Positions 54,780 through 64,000 of a stretch of 64,000 nucleotides of DNA are shown here, in pieces. The notes beneath the pieces are model-generated. The model ran no database searches. It was not told where the DNA came from and saw only the letters and a program-made list of their open reading frames with translations. Location of the stretch: positions 32,001 to 96,000 of the forward strand of contig CAWKKR010000001.1 in the NCBI GenBank assembly GCA_963850305.1. The letters are read 5' to 3'. A program made the translations under genes and the position numbers. This stretch comes from an uncultured delta proteobacterium. GTDB taxonomy: Bacteria > Myxococcota_A > Polyangia > Polyangiales > Polyangiaceae. Each line of letters begins with the position of its first letter. Position 1 is the first letter of the stretch.

Positions 54780-55295
54780 TCATGACGCCGACACCCGCCT
54801 CAACGTCGATCGCGCCGAAAGCCGCGATTCAATCGTTCCAAGCCGGACCACAAGATCGCGACTCAGTGCCTTTGCACCTTCAACATCGCGAGCGACTGTC
54901 TGCGCATACGCCTCGGCGCGGCGCTCCTTGAGGACGCGGCCGAGCGTGTCGAAAATGTTGTCGAGCGTGGCCTCGAGCGCCTGGATGTCGCTCCGCATGA
55001 ACAGGACATCGCGCTTGATCTGCTCGATCGTATAATTGTCCGCCATCATCTCCTTGATCCGTAGGATCTGGCGAATGACGGTTACGGGATAAACCCCCTG
55101 GGAACCCTGGTGTTTGCCCTTCCGACCGACGCGGACGCTGCGCGGCAGGAGGCCGACCTGCACGTACTTACGCAGTGTCGCCTCCGTCAGATGAACGCCA
55201 CCGGTCGCAAAGAGATCGAGGATCTCGGCGGAAGTTAGGCCCGCCGCATGGTCGCGTTCGATGCGGTCCAAAGTGCTCTCGTCGATTCGGTCCAT
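54780..55295 (-). CDS. MerR-like HTH DNA-binding protein
   Basis: LTSAEIL..LTEATLRKYVQVGLLPRS..GVYP..IRQILRIKEMM..YTIEQI, followed by a coiled coil. Confidence 0.75.
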   Translation of the reverse strand: MDRIDESTLDRIERDHAAGLTSAEILDLFATGGVHLTEATLRKYVQVGLLPRSVRVGRKGKHQGSQGVYPVTVIRQILRIKEMMADNYTIEQIKRDVLFMRSDIQALEATLDNIFDTLGRVLKERRAEAYAQTVARDVEGAKALSRDLVVRLGTIESRLSARSTLRRVSAS

Positions 55296-55340
55296 CGGTT
55301 TCAGGGGCCTCGGGTGCGTCAATCTCACCGAAGCACGCGC

Positions 55341-55516
55341 GAATATATTCTACTCAGTGGATTCACCAAACGATTTTCCAAGGAATTATTTGGCCATTCC
55401 ATGCGACAGCTCCATGGACCCGGGTTCGCCTCGAAGACGTGACATTGATTGTCACAACTAACGAAATGTCCATGGAGCTTTTTTAGCGTCCATACACACA
55501 TGGACACACATTGGAC
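55341..55516. promoter_or_regulatory. AT-rich divergent control region with multiple palindromes
   Basis: GAATATATTC; AGCTCCATGGAC/GTCCATGGAGCT; GTGACA-N5-TGTCAC; GTCCAT-N6-ATGGAC. Confidence 0.6.
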
Positions 55517-55606
55517 GGGGCGCCCGTTCAGCGGACGTCACGGAGCGCCGGCCGATCGGAAATCTGCGTCGCGGCCCGGCGCTTTTCCGCTGTAATCTCC
55601 GCGCCG

Positions 55607-56440
55607 ATGTCCGGGCCGGAGCGCCATCGCGACGTTAAGGCGAACGGGGTTCGTCTCCGCGTCGCCGAAGCTGGAACGGGCGCACCCATCGTACTACTGC
55701 ACGATCTCCTGGTCGATCACCGGGCGTGGAACGGCGTGATGCGCTTTCTTTCGACGGAGTTCCGGCTGGTCGCGCCGGACTTTCCCGGCTTCGGCGAGAG
55801 CGAAAAGCCGTCACCAGCTCGCTTCGCGTATGATGTTCCGGCGTTCGCCGAGGTCGTGGCGGATCTTTACGCTGGCCTCGATCTGGGTCGCGCCGCGATC
55901 GTGGGGCACGGTCTGGGGGGCGCCGTGGCCATCGCGCTGGCGGCGCAACACCGGGAGCTGGTCTCGCGCCTCGTACTCGTCGATTCCGTCTGTTGCGACG
56001 GCCCTCTCGATCTCCGACGACGGGTCGCCTCGCTACCCGCAGTGGGTGGCTTCGTGATGAAGCAACTCTGGGGACGCGCGACTTTCCGGGGCTTCTTTCG
56101 CGAGGTCGTCTCATCCGGGCGAACCTCGCTGCCACTCGAAGTGATTGACCGATATTACGACGCCTTCAACGACCCGGCGTCACGCGGGAGCGCGCACGCC
56201 ACGCTGCGAGCAACCCTCGACACTCGGTCGGTGGCGGCGCAGACCGCCCGGATCGGGGTGCCGGCCCTGGTGATCTGGGGACGAAATGATCGAATGTTTC
56301 CTGCGGGCCTCGGCCAACGGCTTGCCCGTCAGATCAGAGGCGCCGGATTCGAGTTGATGGACGCGGGACACGCTCCCCACGAGGAGTCTCCGGAAGAATT
56401 TTCGGCCATCGCGGGACGGTTCCTGCGCGCGGAGAGATAG
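55607..56440 (+). CDS. Alpha/beta hydrolase fold protein lacking catalytic Ser
   Basis: APDFPGFGESEKP, nucleophile elbow reads VGHGLGG, IWGRND, AGHAPHEE. Confidence 0.88.
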   Translation: MSGPERHRDVKANGVRLRVAEAGTGAPIVLLHDLLVDHRAWNGVMRFLSTEFRLVAPDFPGFGESEKPSPARFAYDVPAFAEVVADLYAGLDLGRAAIVGHGLGGAVAIALAAQHRELVSRLVLVDSVCCDGPLDLRRRVASLPAVGGFVMKQLWGRATFRGFFREVVSSGRTSLPLEVIDRYYDAFNDPASRGSAHATLRATLDTRSVAAQTARIGVPALVIWGRNDRMFPAGLGQRLARQIRGAGFELMDAGHAPHEESPEEFSAIAGRFLRAER

Positions 56441-56486
56441 CGGCCGCGCGGTTCATTCGGGGGTTCCGCCGCTCGAGACAGGGCCT

Positions 56487-58733
56487 TCACTGGATGGGGA
56501 ACGACGCGGTCGGCGGATTCTCCGACGGATGGACCGGCGTCGATGGCCGATGCGGCTCGGGCGCAGGCTCCGGCTCTTCGACAGCGGGCTGCAATCTTCG
56601 CGGCGATGGCCGTGGAAGATACGGCCGCTCCAGCGGTCTGGCGCGTTCGACGGGGCGCATCGGCGTGACGGCGGGGACAGTCGTGACGACTTTCGAGAGC
56701 CCTGCTCGTGGCGGAGGCTCCTCTGAATTTGCAGCTGTGGACGGCGTCGGCGGCGCCGATTCTGCGGACATCGTGGGGAGTTCGATTGGTACTTCCGGGG
56801 CGTTCCGAACCGAAGGCTCGAGTTGCCCCGGAGTGCCTAGTTTGGCCGGCGCCGATCTCCTGACCGCTGGAGCGACTGGCACCACGGCATGAACACTTTG
56901 TTGCGCGTCTTTGCGCTCCCTCTGTAGCCAGACGCCGATCACCAGCCCCACCACCAAGAGGCCGACGACCACCGCCACCAGCGCCTTCAGGCGTTCCCGT
57001 CTCGCGATCTGCTCTGGCGTGCGGGAAACGAGGGGCCCGTCGTAAGTGGTCGGCGAGGACTCCCCGAGCCCCGATGCCGCCGGGCCCCCTTCATAACGCC
57101 CCTCGTCGCCAGCAACGAAGAAGTCCTTGTGAATCGGATCCCCGTGATCGGGCAACGCGTCAGCGAACGGCGCCTCGACTGCGAGCGCGGCTCCACGCGG
57201 CTCCGCTTCGCGGTGCGTGAGCGGCAGCGGCTCGTTGGAGTCGCTGTGATGCTCCTTCTGTGCAGGAAATGGTATCAACTTCCCCCCATGGCTCCTGGCC
57301 GCAAGCGACGTCCCGGCGGTGCCACCGCCGAGTTGTGACGCCCGCGGCGCTCCAGCGCCCTCGGCGATAGCCGCGCGGGCCTCCGGAGTCGCTCGCACGG
57401 TCGAGGCGGCCGCCTCTCGGATCTCGGCTTCGATCTGGTCCAGCCCGATGCGCGGGGCACCCACCCCCGCCAGCGTTTGGCCCACGATCTCCGCACGAGT
57501 CGTGGTTCGCACGTAGGCAGCCGTGGACGGCGCTCCGTCCGCCAGATCTCCGGGTGGTGCCGAGCGCTCCTGAGGCGGGCCTTGGGGACCCGGCGGCACC
57601 GACTCGAAACCGATGAGCGTCTTCGTTACGAGCTCAGCACCGATGGCGGGAGCTGGCGGACGGGAGGCCCTCGACGCGGCATCAGGGCGTGGCTCCCTCC
57701 CTTGGCCGGGCACGACATCGTATTCGTTACCGACCTTGTCGTGAGCGGGGGCACTATCACCGTCGAGGTTCGGTACGACCTGCTCTTCCCGCTCGGCGAG
57801 GACAAGTAGTCCCTCGAAATAGAGCTTGGAAATGACGGAAAGCGTGGACAGATCGTCGAACGGCGATTCATCGATGATATCGATCAGATTTCGGCGCCCG
57901 TCGAGAAGCCGCAGGATCGCGTTGAGCTCGTCGGGAATCTCCGTGAGCCGCTCCACGAGCGTCTCGTGATCGACGTCGAAGACCGCGTCGAGAGACGGCA
58001 ACTGTTCCGACAGGCGACCCCATTCGTCGACGCGGCGCATCCCCTCCATCAAGAGGCCCTGCGTCGACGTGGCGATCATCTCCGGATTGTCGACGTGCTT
58101 GAACTCGACTTCGAAATTCCCACTGGTCCAGAGTAGCGCGCGATAAATTGCTTCCTCGCCGCGGAGCTTGCCGATCTCGGCATCCACGAGCTTGCCCTCA
58201 CGGAAGTACACCATCGCTTCTCTCCGCCCGTCGGTAATCCGCGCAGTCCCGCTCTTGCGACTCACTTCGATCGTCTGCAGGAGGTCCACGACGCCCATAT
58301 CCTCGAGCGAACCAGCGAACCGCGTCCGTGATGCTGGGCCCGTGGCGATGCGTTCTTGCGTTCGACGCGCCAGCAGCATGTGCACGCGGGTGATGAGCTC
58401 CCGAACGAAAATCGGCTTGATGAGGTAGTCCTCGACCCCGAGTTCGAGTCCGCGGATCTTGTCCTCGATCGACTTCTGACTTGTCAGAAAGACGATCGGA
58501 ATCGCCGCGTGCTCGGGGCGCGACTTTAGCTTTCGCACCATCTCGTAACCATCGATACCCGGCAGACGCGTATCGCTCAGGATCAGGTCGGGCGTCGCGT
58601 ATTCGAGCTTCGCGAGCGCATCGGAACCGTCCGACGCGGTGGTGACGTTGAAGCCTGCGTTCTTCAAGCTCACTTCCAGGACCCGAACACTGCGCGGGTC
58701 CCCGTCCACTAGGAGCAACTGCTGCTTCGCCAC
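56487..58733 (-). CDS. Receiver + DUF4388 + TM signalling protein
   Basis: REC ([19 protein letters not shown]), [36 protein letters not shown], long disordered linker, one TM helix. Confidence 0.85.
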   Translation of the reverse strand: MAKQQLLLVDGDPRSVRVLEVSLKNAGFNVTTASDGSDALAKLEYATPDLILSDTRLPGIDGYEMVRKLKSRPEHAAIPIVFLTSQKSIEDKIRGLELGVEDYLIKPIFVRELITRVHMLLARRTQERIATGPASRTRFAGSLEDMGVVDLLQTIEVSRKSGTARITDGRREAMVYFREGKLVDAEIGKLRGEEAIYRALLWTSGNFEVEFKHVDNPEMIATSTQGLLMEGMRRVDEWGRLSEQLPSLDAVFDVDHETLVERLTEIPDELNAILRLLDGRRNLIDIIDESPFDDLSTLSVISKLYFEGLLVLAEREEQVVPNLDGDSAPAHDKVGNEYDVVPGQGREPRPDAASRASRPPAPAIGAELVTKTLIGFESVPPGPQGPPQERSAPPGDLADGAPSTAAYVRTTTRAEIVGQTLAGVGAPRIGLDQIEAEIREAAASTVRATPEARAAIAEGAGAPRASQLGGGTAGTSLAARSHGGKLIPFPAQKEHHSDSNEPLPLTHREAEPRGAALAVEAPFADALPDHGDPIHKDFFVAGDEGRYEGGPAASGLGESSPTTYDGPLVSRTPEQIARRERLKALVAVVVGLLVVGLVIGVWLQRERKDAQQSVHAVVPVAPAVRRSAPAKLGTPGQLEPSVRNAPEVPIELPTMSAESAPPTPSTAANSEEPPPRAGLSKVVTTVPAVTPMRPVERARPLERPYLPRPSPRRLQPAVEEPEPAPEPHRPSTPVHPSENPPTASFPIQ

Positions 58734-58818
58734 GCAAACCTTGTCCTATCAGATTGTCGCCCTAACGCTGACCGAAGACGTACCCACCCGCGAAATCATG
58801 CGCTTCCGGACGGCACTG

Positions 58819-60339
58819 TCATCGCGACCATGGATCGACGATGTCGCTACCGCCAATTTTTTCTTTGCCTTTCATCGGTTTGGTGCCCGGTCGCTCCGTC
58901 GCCGCTGGCGGAATTCGCCCGCCCGTCCGGGAGGCCACGACTGGCGTCGCGTGGACCCGACCGGGGACGGTCGGTGCAGAGTCCTTCGTGGCCCACGCGC
59001 TCGGTTCTGGCTCAGGGACGGCGCCCCGCAAGGTTACTGGCACCGCCAGCGGCGGGGGTGCGGCGGCGCTCCGGGGCCGGCTAGGGACGTAAGGGATGTA
59101 GGCCGCATGCGACGACGATGGGCGGTGTGCCCAAAACAAGGTTGCGGTGCCGAAGGAGATCACTGCGAGAACGCTCGCCCATGAGATGATGCGAGCTTTC
59201 CTGCTCGTTCGCGTATCGGCGCTCCTGTGGTCGGATCCTCGGCCGCTCGCGACCGGTTCTCGTGGCGGGTCCTTCCGAGCGCGGGGCTCCGCGGGGATCA
59301 CCCGGACCGTTCCGTCACCGACGTGCCTGGCGACCCTGCGGAGCTCGGCCCCGAGGGCTAGCATGGTCGGAAATCGGCGCTCTGGTCTCTTCTCCAAGCA
59401 ACACAACGTGACTTGTTCCAGAGCGCCCAGCGCCGACGCGTCACCGAGGCGGACGCTGGGCGGTGTTGGATCGGCGTAGAGATGCTTGGTGAGGACGCCC
59501 ATGGATGTGTCGGCCTCGAACGGCACGCACCCCGTGAACATCTGATACATCACGATACCGAGCGCATAAACGTCCGTGCGCTCGTCGATCGTGGCGCCGG
59601 CTGCTTGCTCCGGACTCATGTACTGTGGAGTGCCGAAGACGATTCCGTTCTGGGTCAGCCGGCTCTGACCCGCAACTTTGGCGAGCCCGAAATCGAGTAC
59701 CTTCACGCACTCACCCGACGGCGTGTCGCAGACCAAAATGTTGTCCGGCTTCAGATCGCGGTGGACGACACCCGCTGCGTGCGCCGCAGCTAGGGCGCCT
59801 ATCATCTGCTCGAGTAGCGGCACCGCGCGCGAAGCCGGGAGCGACCCGTCCTTGCGAATCAGCGCGCTGAGCGATCGGCCTGAAACGAGCTCCATCACGA
59901 AGTAAGGCTGGCCCGACGGCAAATTGCCGAAGTCCGTGATCTGCACGACGTTCTGGTGCGAGATGGACGCCGCCGCACGCGCCTCGCGGAGAAACCTCAA
60001 ACCAAGCTCTTCGTCGCGAGAGAGATCCGCACGCAGCACTTTCAGGGCGAACAGTCGTTCGATGACTCGATGACGAACGCGATAGACCAGACCCATCCCG
60101 CCCTCCCCGAGTACGGCATGAACCTCGTACCGCCCGTCAATCACGGTCCCGATCAGCGGATCCCTGCGCCGCTCGCCCTCGAGTGCCGCTCGCAGCGGCG
60201 CGCCGTCGAAGGGGCAGAACCGCGCGTCCGACGAAGTGAAGCGGCTGCTGCAACGATCGCAAACCCGACCTGGCGGCGGGGCCGCCTCGAGGCTCACGAC
60301 CTCTTCCGCAAACTGCCGCGATGTCGGATCGCTCACCAC
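58819..60339 (-). CDS. Ser/Thr protein kinase with N-terminal zinc ribbon and TM helix
   Basis: CDRC..CPFDG; LGEGGMG, ALKVL, HRDLKPDN, DFGLAK, GTPQYMSPEQ. Start is approximate. Confidence 0.93.
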   Translation of the reverse strand: MVSDPTSRQFAEEVVSLEAAPPPGRVCDRCSSRFTSSDARFCPFDGAPLRAALEGERRRDPLIGTVIDGRYEVHAVLGEGGMGLVYRVRHRVIERLFALKVLRADLSRDEELGLRFLREARAAASISHQNVVQITDFGNLPSGQPYFVMELVSGRSLSALIRKDGSLPASRAVPLLEQMIGALAAAHAAGVVHRDLKPDNILVCDTPSGECVKVLDFGLAKVAGQSRLTQNGIVFGTPQYMSPEQAAGATIDERTDVYALGIVMYQMFTGCVPFEADTSMGVLTKHLYADPTPPSVRLGDASALGALEQVTLCCLEKRPERRFPTMLALGAELRRVARHVGDGTVRVIPAEPRARKDPPREPVASGRGSDHRSADTRTSRKARIISWASVLAVISFGTATLFWAHRPSSSHAAYIPYVPSRPRSAAAPPPLAVPVTLRGAVPEPEPSAWATKDSAPTVPGRVHATPVVASRTGGRIPPAATERPGTKPMKGKEKIGGSDIVDPWSR

Positions 60340-60367
60340 GCCCTTGAAACGTGCCCCGTGTGCGGAA

Positions 60368-61624
60368 TCACACCAGTGACCCGCCGCACTCGGTGCAGAA
60401 CTTGGCGCCCATGGGGTTGCCGGCGCCGCAGCGCCCGCACGGCACCAGGCGCGCCGCATTCCCCGCGGACGGTTGGGGCGGCGCAGGAGAGGGGTCCGGA
60501 GGGCGCGGCGCGTAGCCCTGCGGCGAAACGGCGTAACCCGGAGCGGGCTGCGCCTGCGGGTACGCAGGACCTTGGCCGTAACCAGACGGGGGATATCCTG
60601 GAGGGTATCCTTGTGGATACCCAGGCGGGTAGCCGTGCCCGGCATTTGCCATGCCCATGGCCATCCCCATCCCGGCCGCCACGCCGGCGCTGGCCACCCC
60701 AGCAGCAGGCCCATCGCCTCCGCGACTCATACCCTGACCCATTCCTAGCATCGCTTCAGCGCCGGCGTATTGTTGATAGGCGGGCATATTCATGTTCTGG
60801 AGGTATCGCTGTCGATTCGCGAACTCCTGATCGAGCTGAAACTGCTTTTGCTGCGCTTGCGACTCCGCCTGGGAGACGGCAATATGAGCCTTCCGCGCGT
60901 CCAGCTTGGCCTGGACGATCTGATCTTGAAACTGATCGATGCGCTTCTGGTCTTCATCCGACAAATTCAGAACGAGTTTCGCGATTTCGAGAACCTGGAC
61001 GCCAATCCTCGCAAGGTCCGGGCAATCCTTGACGATCGCACGCCCAACGTCCGGACCGGCCGTCCCGAGATCCATGAATGTGAGCTCACCCGATTTGATC
61101 AGCCGGGTGAGCGTGGAGCGAAGGCCCATCATCAGCTGATCCCTCACCCACGTGAGTGTCGCGTCGGGGTCGGTCGACGCCTTTTGACCCCAAAACTCAA
61201 GCACGAAGCGCACGGGTTCGACGACGCGAAATGCGTACGTGCCGTAGGCGCGCGGCTCGACGCGGAGTTCGAGTTCGGGATCGCGCATGGACCCGATGGG
61301 ACCACCGAATCCTTGGTTGTAGAGTGGCCGCGTCGTGACGAAAAAGAGCTCGCTGATGAACATGTTTCCGCCGCTGAACTTGTCGACGAGGTTGTTCAGA
61401 AACGGCACGTTCTGAGTCTGCAGCGTGTGGCGACCGGGACCGAGAGCGCCCACGTACTGCCCGTCCTTGAAGAACAGGCAGACTTCGTCGGAATCGACGG
61501 TCACCTGGGACCAGAAGGGAAAGGTTTGGTCTGGATGCTTGTAGACGACCGCATCCTTGTGAGAGTCCGCGCGCGCGATCATCATGCGCTCGACGCCGCT
61601 CTTGACGAAGTTCAGGATTCCCAT
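60368..61624 (-). CDS. SPFH/band-7 (YdjI-like) protein with C-terminal zinc ribbon
   Basis: GPGRHTLQTQNVPFL, RDPE..RAYGTY, GMGMAMG, GYPP repeats, CGRC..FCTECG. Confidence 0.88.
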   Translation of the reverse strand: MGILNFVKSGVERMMIARADSHKDAVVYKHPDQTFPFWSQVTVDSDEVCLFFKDGQYVGALGPGRHTLQTQNVPFLNNLVDKFSGGNMFISELFFVTTRPLYNQGFGGPIGSMRDPELELRVEPRAYGTYAFRVVEPVRFVLEFWGQKASTDPDATLTWVRDQLMMGLRSTLTRLIKSGELTFMDLGTAGPDVGRAIVKDCPDLARIGVQVLEIAKLVLNLSDEDQKRIDQFQDQIVQAKLDARKAHIAVSQAESQAQQKQFQLDQEFANRQRYLQNMNMPAYQQYAGAEAMLGMGQGMSRGGDGPAAGVASAGVAAGMGMAMGMANAGHGYPPGYPQGYPPGYPPSGYGQGPAYPQAQPAPGYAVSPQGYAPRPPDPSPAPPQPSAGNAARLVPCGRCGAGNPMGAKFCTECGGSLV

Positions 61625-61729
61625 GCGTTTCGCCTCCGCTGAAAGAAGGGCTCGTGTTCTCCGGCCTTCTTGGCATCATGCCATAGTTCCGGAGCCCTCG
61701 CCTTTGACGGACTCCAGGGCCGATTTCCC

Positions 61730-62866
61730 ATGACCCGTCACCACGACATCGATCTCTCGAAGCTCGCTCCCCAGGCTCAGAGGGTTCTCGCCCCCGGCGC
61801 GCCGCTTCCCGCCAAAATGATGGCAGCGAGCGGCGTCGTTCCCGGGCTTCAGGCCGGCGATGTCGTGTGCGTCGTCACACTTCTCACGGGATCGGACGAA
61901 TCGCAGGTCGCCGCGAAAGCGAAGGAGACTCTCCGGAGGCTTCCCGGACCGATCCTGAATGGTGCCCTCGGGGCGGACCTTCCGGGCTCGGTGCTCGAGC
62001 AACTCGCGGACGCCTACTCGTCCGATGCGGCCGTCGTCACGAAGTTGCTCCGTATGCCCCGCATCGGCGCTCTGGCCCTCGAAATCCTGGCGGAGCGCGC
62101 AGACGAAAGCATCGGCGAGATCGTCGCGACGAATGAACAACGGCTTCTCGAAAACCCTACGGTCATCGAGAAGCTCTACATGAACAAGAGGGTCCGCATG
62201 TCCACCGCGGACCGCATACTCGAGCTCGCCGTTCGCAACGGACTCGAGCTCGCAATCCCCGCGTTCAAGGAGGCCTCCCAGGCGATCAAAAACGAGCTCA
62301 TCCCCGAGCCGGGCCCGGAGCCCACGTTCGAAGACAATATTGCCAAGGAGCTCGACGAGATTGCGTCCAAGCTCGAGCTCGACGCCGCCGTGGAAGACAC
62401 CCACGTCATCGACGAGGAGGGCGAAGAAAAAGTCTCAGAAAAGGTATTGCCTCTCCACGCGCGCCTCGCGGAGATGACCATCGCCCAGAAGATCCGGCGC
62501 GCCACGCTCGGAACATCGGCGGAGCGACTGCTTCTCGTACGCGACAAGAATCGGCTCGTCGCGAGTGCGGCGGTCCAGAGCCCGATGCTCAACGAGCACG
62601 AAGCGGCACGCATCTCTGCAAGCCGACAGGTCTCGGAAGACGTTCTACGCCTCGTCGCGATGAACCGCGAGTGGACGCGGAGCTACCAGATCAAACTGAA
62701 CCTCGTTCAAAATCCAAGGACTCCCTTCTCGTTCGTGTCGCGGCTCATTCCCCAGTTGCACGACCACGACGTGCGCGGGCTGTCCAAAAGTAAGAACGTG
62801 CCCGCGTCGGTCCAGCAGCTTGCCCGGCAGCAGATGTCCCGAAAGCTGGCGGGCAAGAAGGGCTGA
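61730..62866 (+). CDS. Conserved-looking hypothetical helical protein
   Basis: Long ORF; C-terminal MTIAQKIRRATLG..LVRDKNRLV..WTRSYQIKLNLVQNPRTP looks like a helical-repeat domain. Confidence 0.7.
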   Translation: MTRHHDIDLSKLAPQAQRVLAPGAPLPAKMMAASGVVPGLQAGDVVCVVTLLTGSDESQVAAKAKETLRRLPGPILNGALGADLPGSVLEQLADAYSSDAAVVTKLLRMPRIGALALEILAERADESIGEIVATNEQRLLENPTVIEKLYMNKRVRMSTADRILELAVRNGLELAIPAFKEASQAIKNELIPEPGPEPTFEDNIAKELDEIASKLELDAAVEDTHVIDEEGEEKVSEKVLPLHARLAEMTIAQKIRRATLGTSAERLLLVRDKNRLVASAAVQSPMLNEHEAARISASRQVSEDVLRLVAMNREWTRSYQIKLNLVQNPRTPFSFVSRLIPQLHDHDVRGLSKSKNVPASVQQLARQQMSRKLAGKKG

Positions 62867-63011
62867 ATTCGGGTCGCAGACGCCGGCCCGCCGGGGAGAA
62901 TCATCGCGTGCCGCCGTAGATCAGCGAAGTTCACCACTTTGGTGGAACCCACAACAGTTTCTCAATAATTCGCTTTTATCGTGGCGCGACTCGAATTCGG
63001 AGGTGATCGCG

Positions 63012-63266
63012 ATGAATCCCTGGAAAGTCTCCACGCTCGTTCTCACGGTTGTTCTCGGTGGCGTGATGTCACTGGATCTCGTTCAGGTCGCTCAGGCGTT
63101 CGAGCAGCCCCGCATGCGAGCGGCCGAAGAAGCGTTGCATCGCGCGAAGGACGATGTGGTCCACGCTGAACACGACAAAGGCTGGCACAGGGCAAAGGCG
63201 ATCGAGGCCATCGATAGGGCGATCGCCGAGGTGCACGCCGGCATCGAGTACGCCGATCACCACTGA
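63012..63266 (+). CDS. Small secreted His-rich helical protein
   Basis: RBS GGAGGT; signal peptide ending AQA; QPRMRAA..HAEHDKGWHRAKAI..YADHH. Confidence 0.75.
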   Translation: MNPWKVSTLVLTVVLGGVMSLDLVQVAQAFEQPRMRAAEEALHRAKDDVVHAEHDKGWHRAKAIEAIDRAIAEVHAGIEYADHH

Positions 63267-63382
63267 CTGATCGACTGTTCTCCGAGCTCCGACTCTGTCG
63301 AGCAAGGCCGGCCGGGAGTCCTTCCGATCGCCTAATCAGCAGGCCACGAAACCGCCGCCGGGGGGCCTTTGCGCACCGGGTA

Positions 63383-63847
63383 CTAGCGCCTGCTTCGGCC
63401 GCCGGACCGGGGCTTCCTCGGTAAGTGAGCATGGGACGGCTCATCGGGGAGTGCCGCAGCCGCGACATCGCCTGACAGCACCCCCTTCGCGCCCAGGAGA
63501 CGCTCGGACAATCGTTTGATGTCGGCGGCGGGACCGCGCGCGGCGATCACCTCCATGCAGTGATCGTGGTCGAGGTGCACGTGCAGTGTCGAAATGATGC
63601 GCGAGCCGAAGTCATGCTGGATCTCGGTCAATCGCTCCGTCAATTCACGGACGTGGTGATCATAGATCAGCGTCACCGTCGCGACAATCTTGCCGCCGGA
63701 CTCCCAGGTATCGCGGTCGAGCTCGTGCCGAACTAGGTCGCGCAGGGCCTCCGAGCGATTGGCGAACCCGCGGCGGTCAATCATCTCGTCGAAGCGGCCA
63801 AGGAGTTCCTCCTCCATGGCGACGCCGAACCGAACCAGCTTCGTCAT
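63383..63847 (-). CDS. nikR: Nickel-responsive regulator
   Basis: RFGVAM..FD..NRSEALRDL RHH; YDHH, QHD, HVHLDHDHCMEV Ni ligands. Confidence 0.93.
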   Translation of the reverse strand: MTKLVRFGVAMEEELLGRFDEMIDRRGFANRSEALRDLVRHELDRDTWESGGKIVATVTLIYDHHVRELTERLTEIQHDFGSRIISTLHVHLDHDHCMEVIAARGPAADIKRLSERLLGAKGVLSGDVAAAALPDEPSHAHLPRKPRSGGRSRR

Positions 63848-63854
63848 GAGGAAA

Positions 63855-64000
63855 CTATTGTTCCTGAACGTCGGGACGCGACGCAAGCTTCGATGCGCGC
63901 AGCGCCTCCTGACGCTTGACCTTGGCAGGGTCGACGAGAAACGCGGTCATTCGCTCCTTCTTCTCGAATGCTTCCTTGTATTTCTCCGCGCTGAACTTCG
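63855..64000 (-). CDS. 3' end of an unidentified CDS (partial)
   Basis: Open frame KFSAEKYKEAFEKKERMTAFLVDPAKVKRQEALRASK..QEQ ends in TAG just upstream of nikR. Confidence 0.5.
   Translation of the reverse strand, partial: KFSAEKYKEAFEKKERMTAFLVDPAKVKRQEALRASKLASRPDVQEQ

Noticed and set aside
55330..55516. oriC or CRISPR array in the AT-rich region
   Set aside because: No DnaA boxes (TTATCCACA), no repeat-spacer periodicity and no cas genes.

Overview
High-GC chromosomal window. Gene content (DUF4388 proteins, giant TPR protein, PEGA protein, FHA-sigma54 activator, Ser/Thr kinase, PilR plus pilins) points to a myxobacterium, probably Polyangiaceae-like; this is inferred. About 50 CDS are supported: a putative membrane-lipid/headgroup cluster (0.4-10.6 kb), dnaE, pyrC-carA-rimO, a cassette of four type IV pilin paralogs with pilR and sigma-54 promoters, a J-domain/DnaK trio, a glgA-like gene, argB, an RluA-family gene, a half-length purH, a module of unusual DNA-binding proteins (52.5-55.5 kb), signalling genes and nikR. 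No rRNA, tRNA, CRISPR or mobile element was seen. Many genes between 5 and 40 kb carry apparent single-base frameshifts, including essential dnaE, most likely assembly errors. Best novelty candidates: (1) an operon of dehydrogenase, CDP-alcohol transferase, class III aminotransferase and AUR1/IPC-synthase-like genes, possibly making an aminocyclitol-phosphoryl lipid; (2) a MerR-like gene and a Cys-rich stand-alone sigma region 4 gene with a palindrome-rich control region; (3) a TGACA-N5-TGTCA motif in four intergenic regions; (4) apparent pseudoenzymes. All family calls are from motif reading, not database searches.
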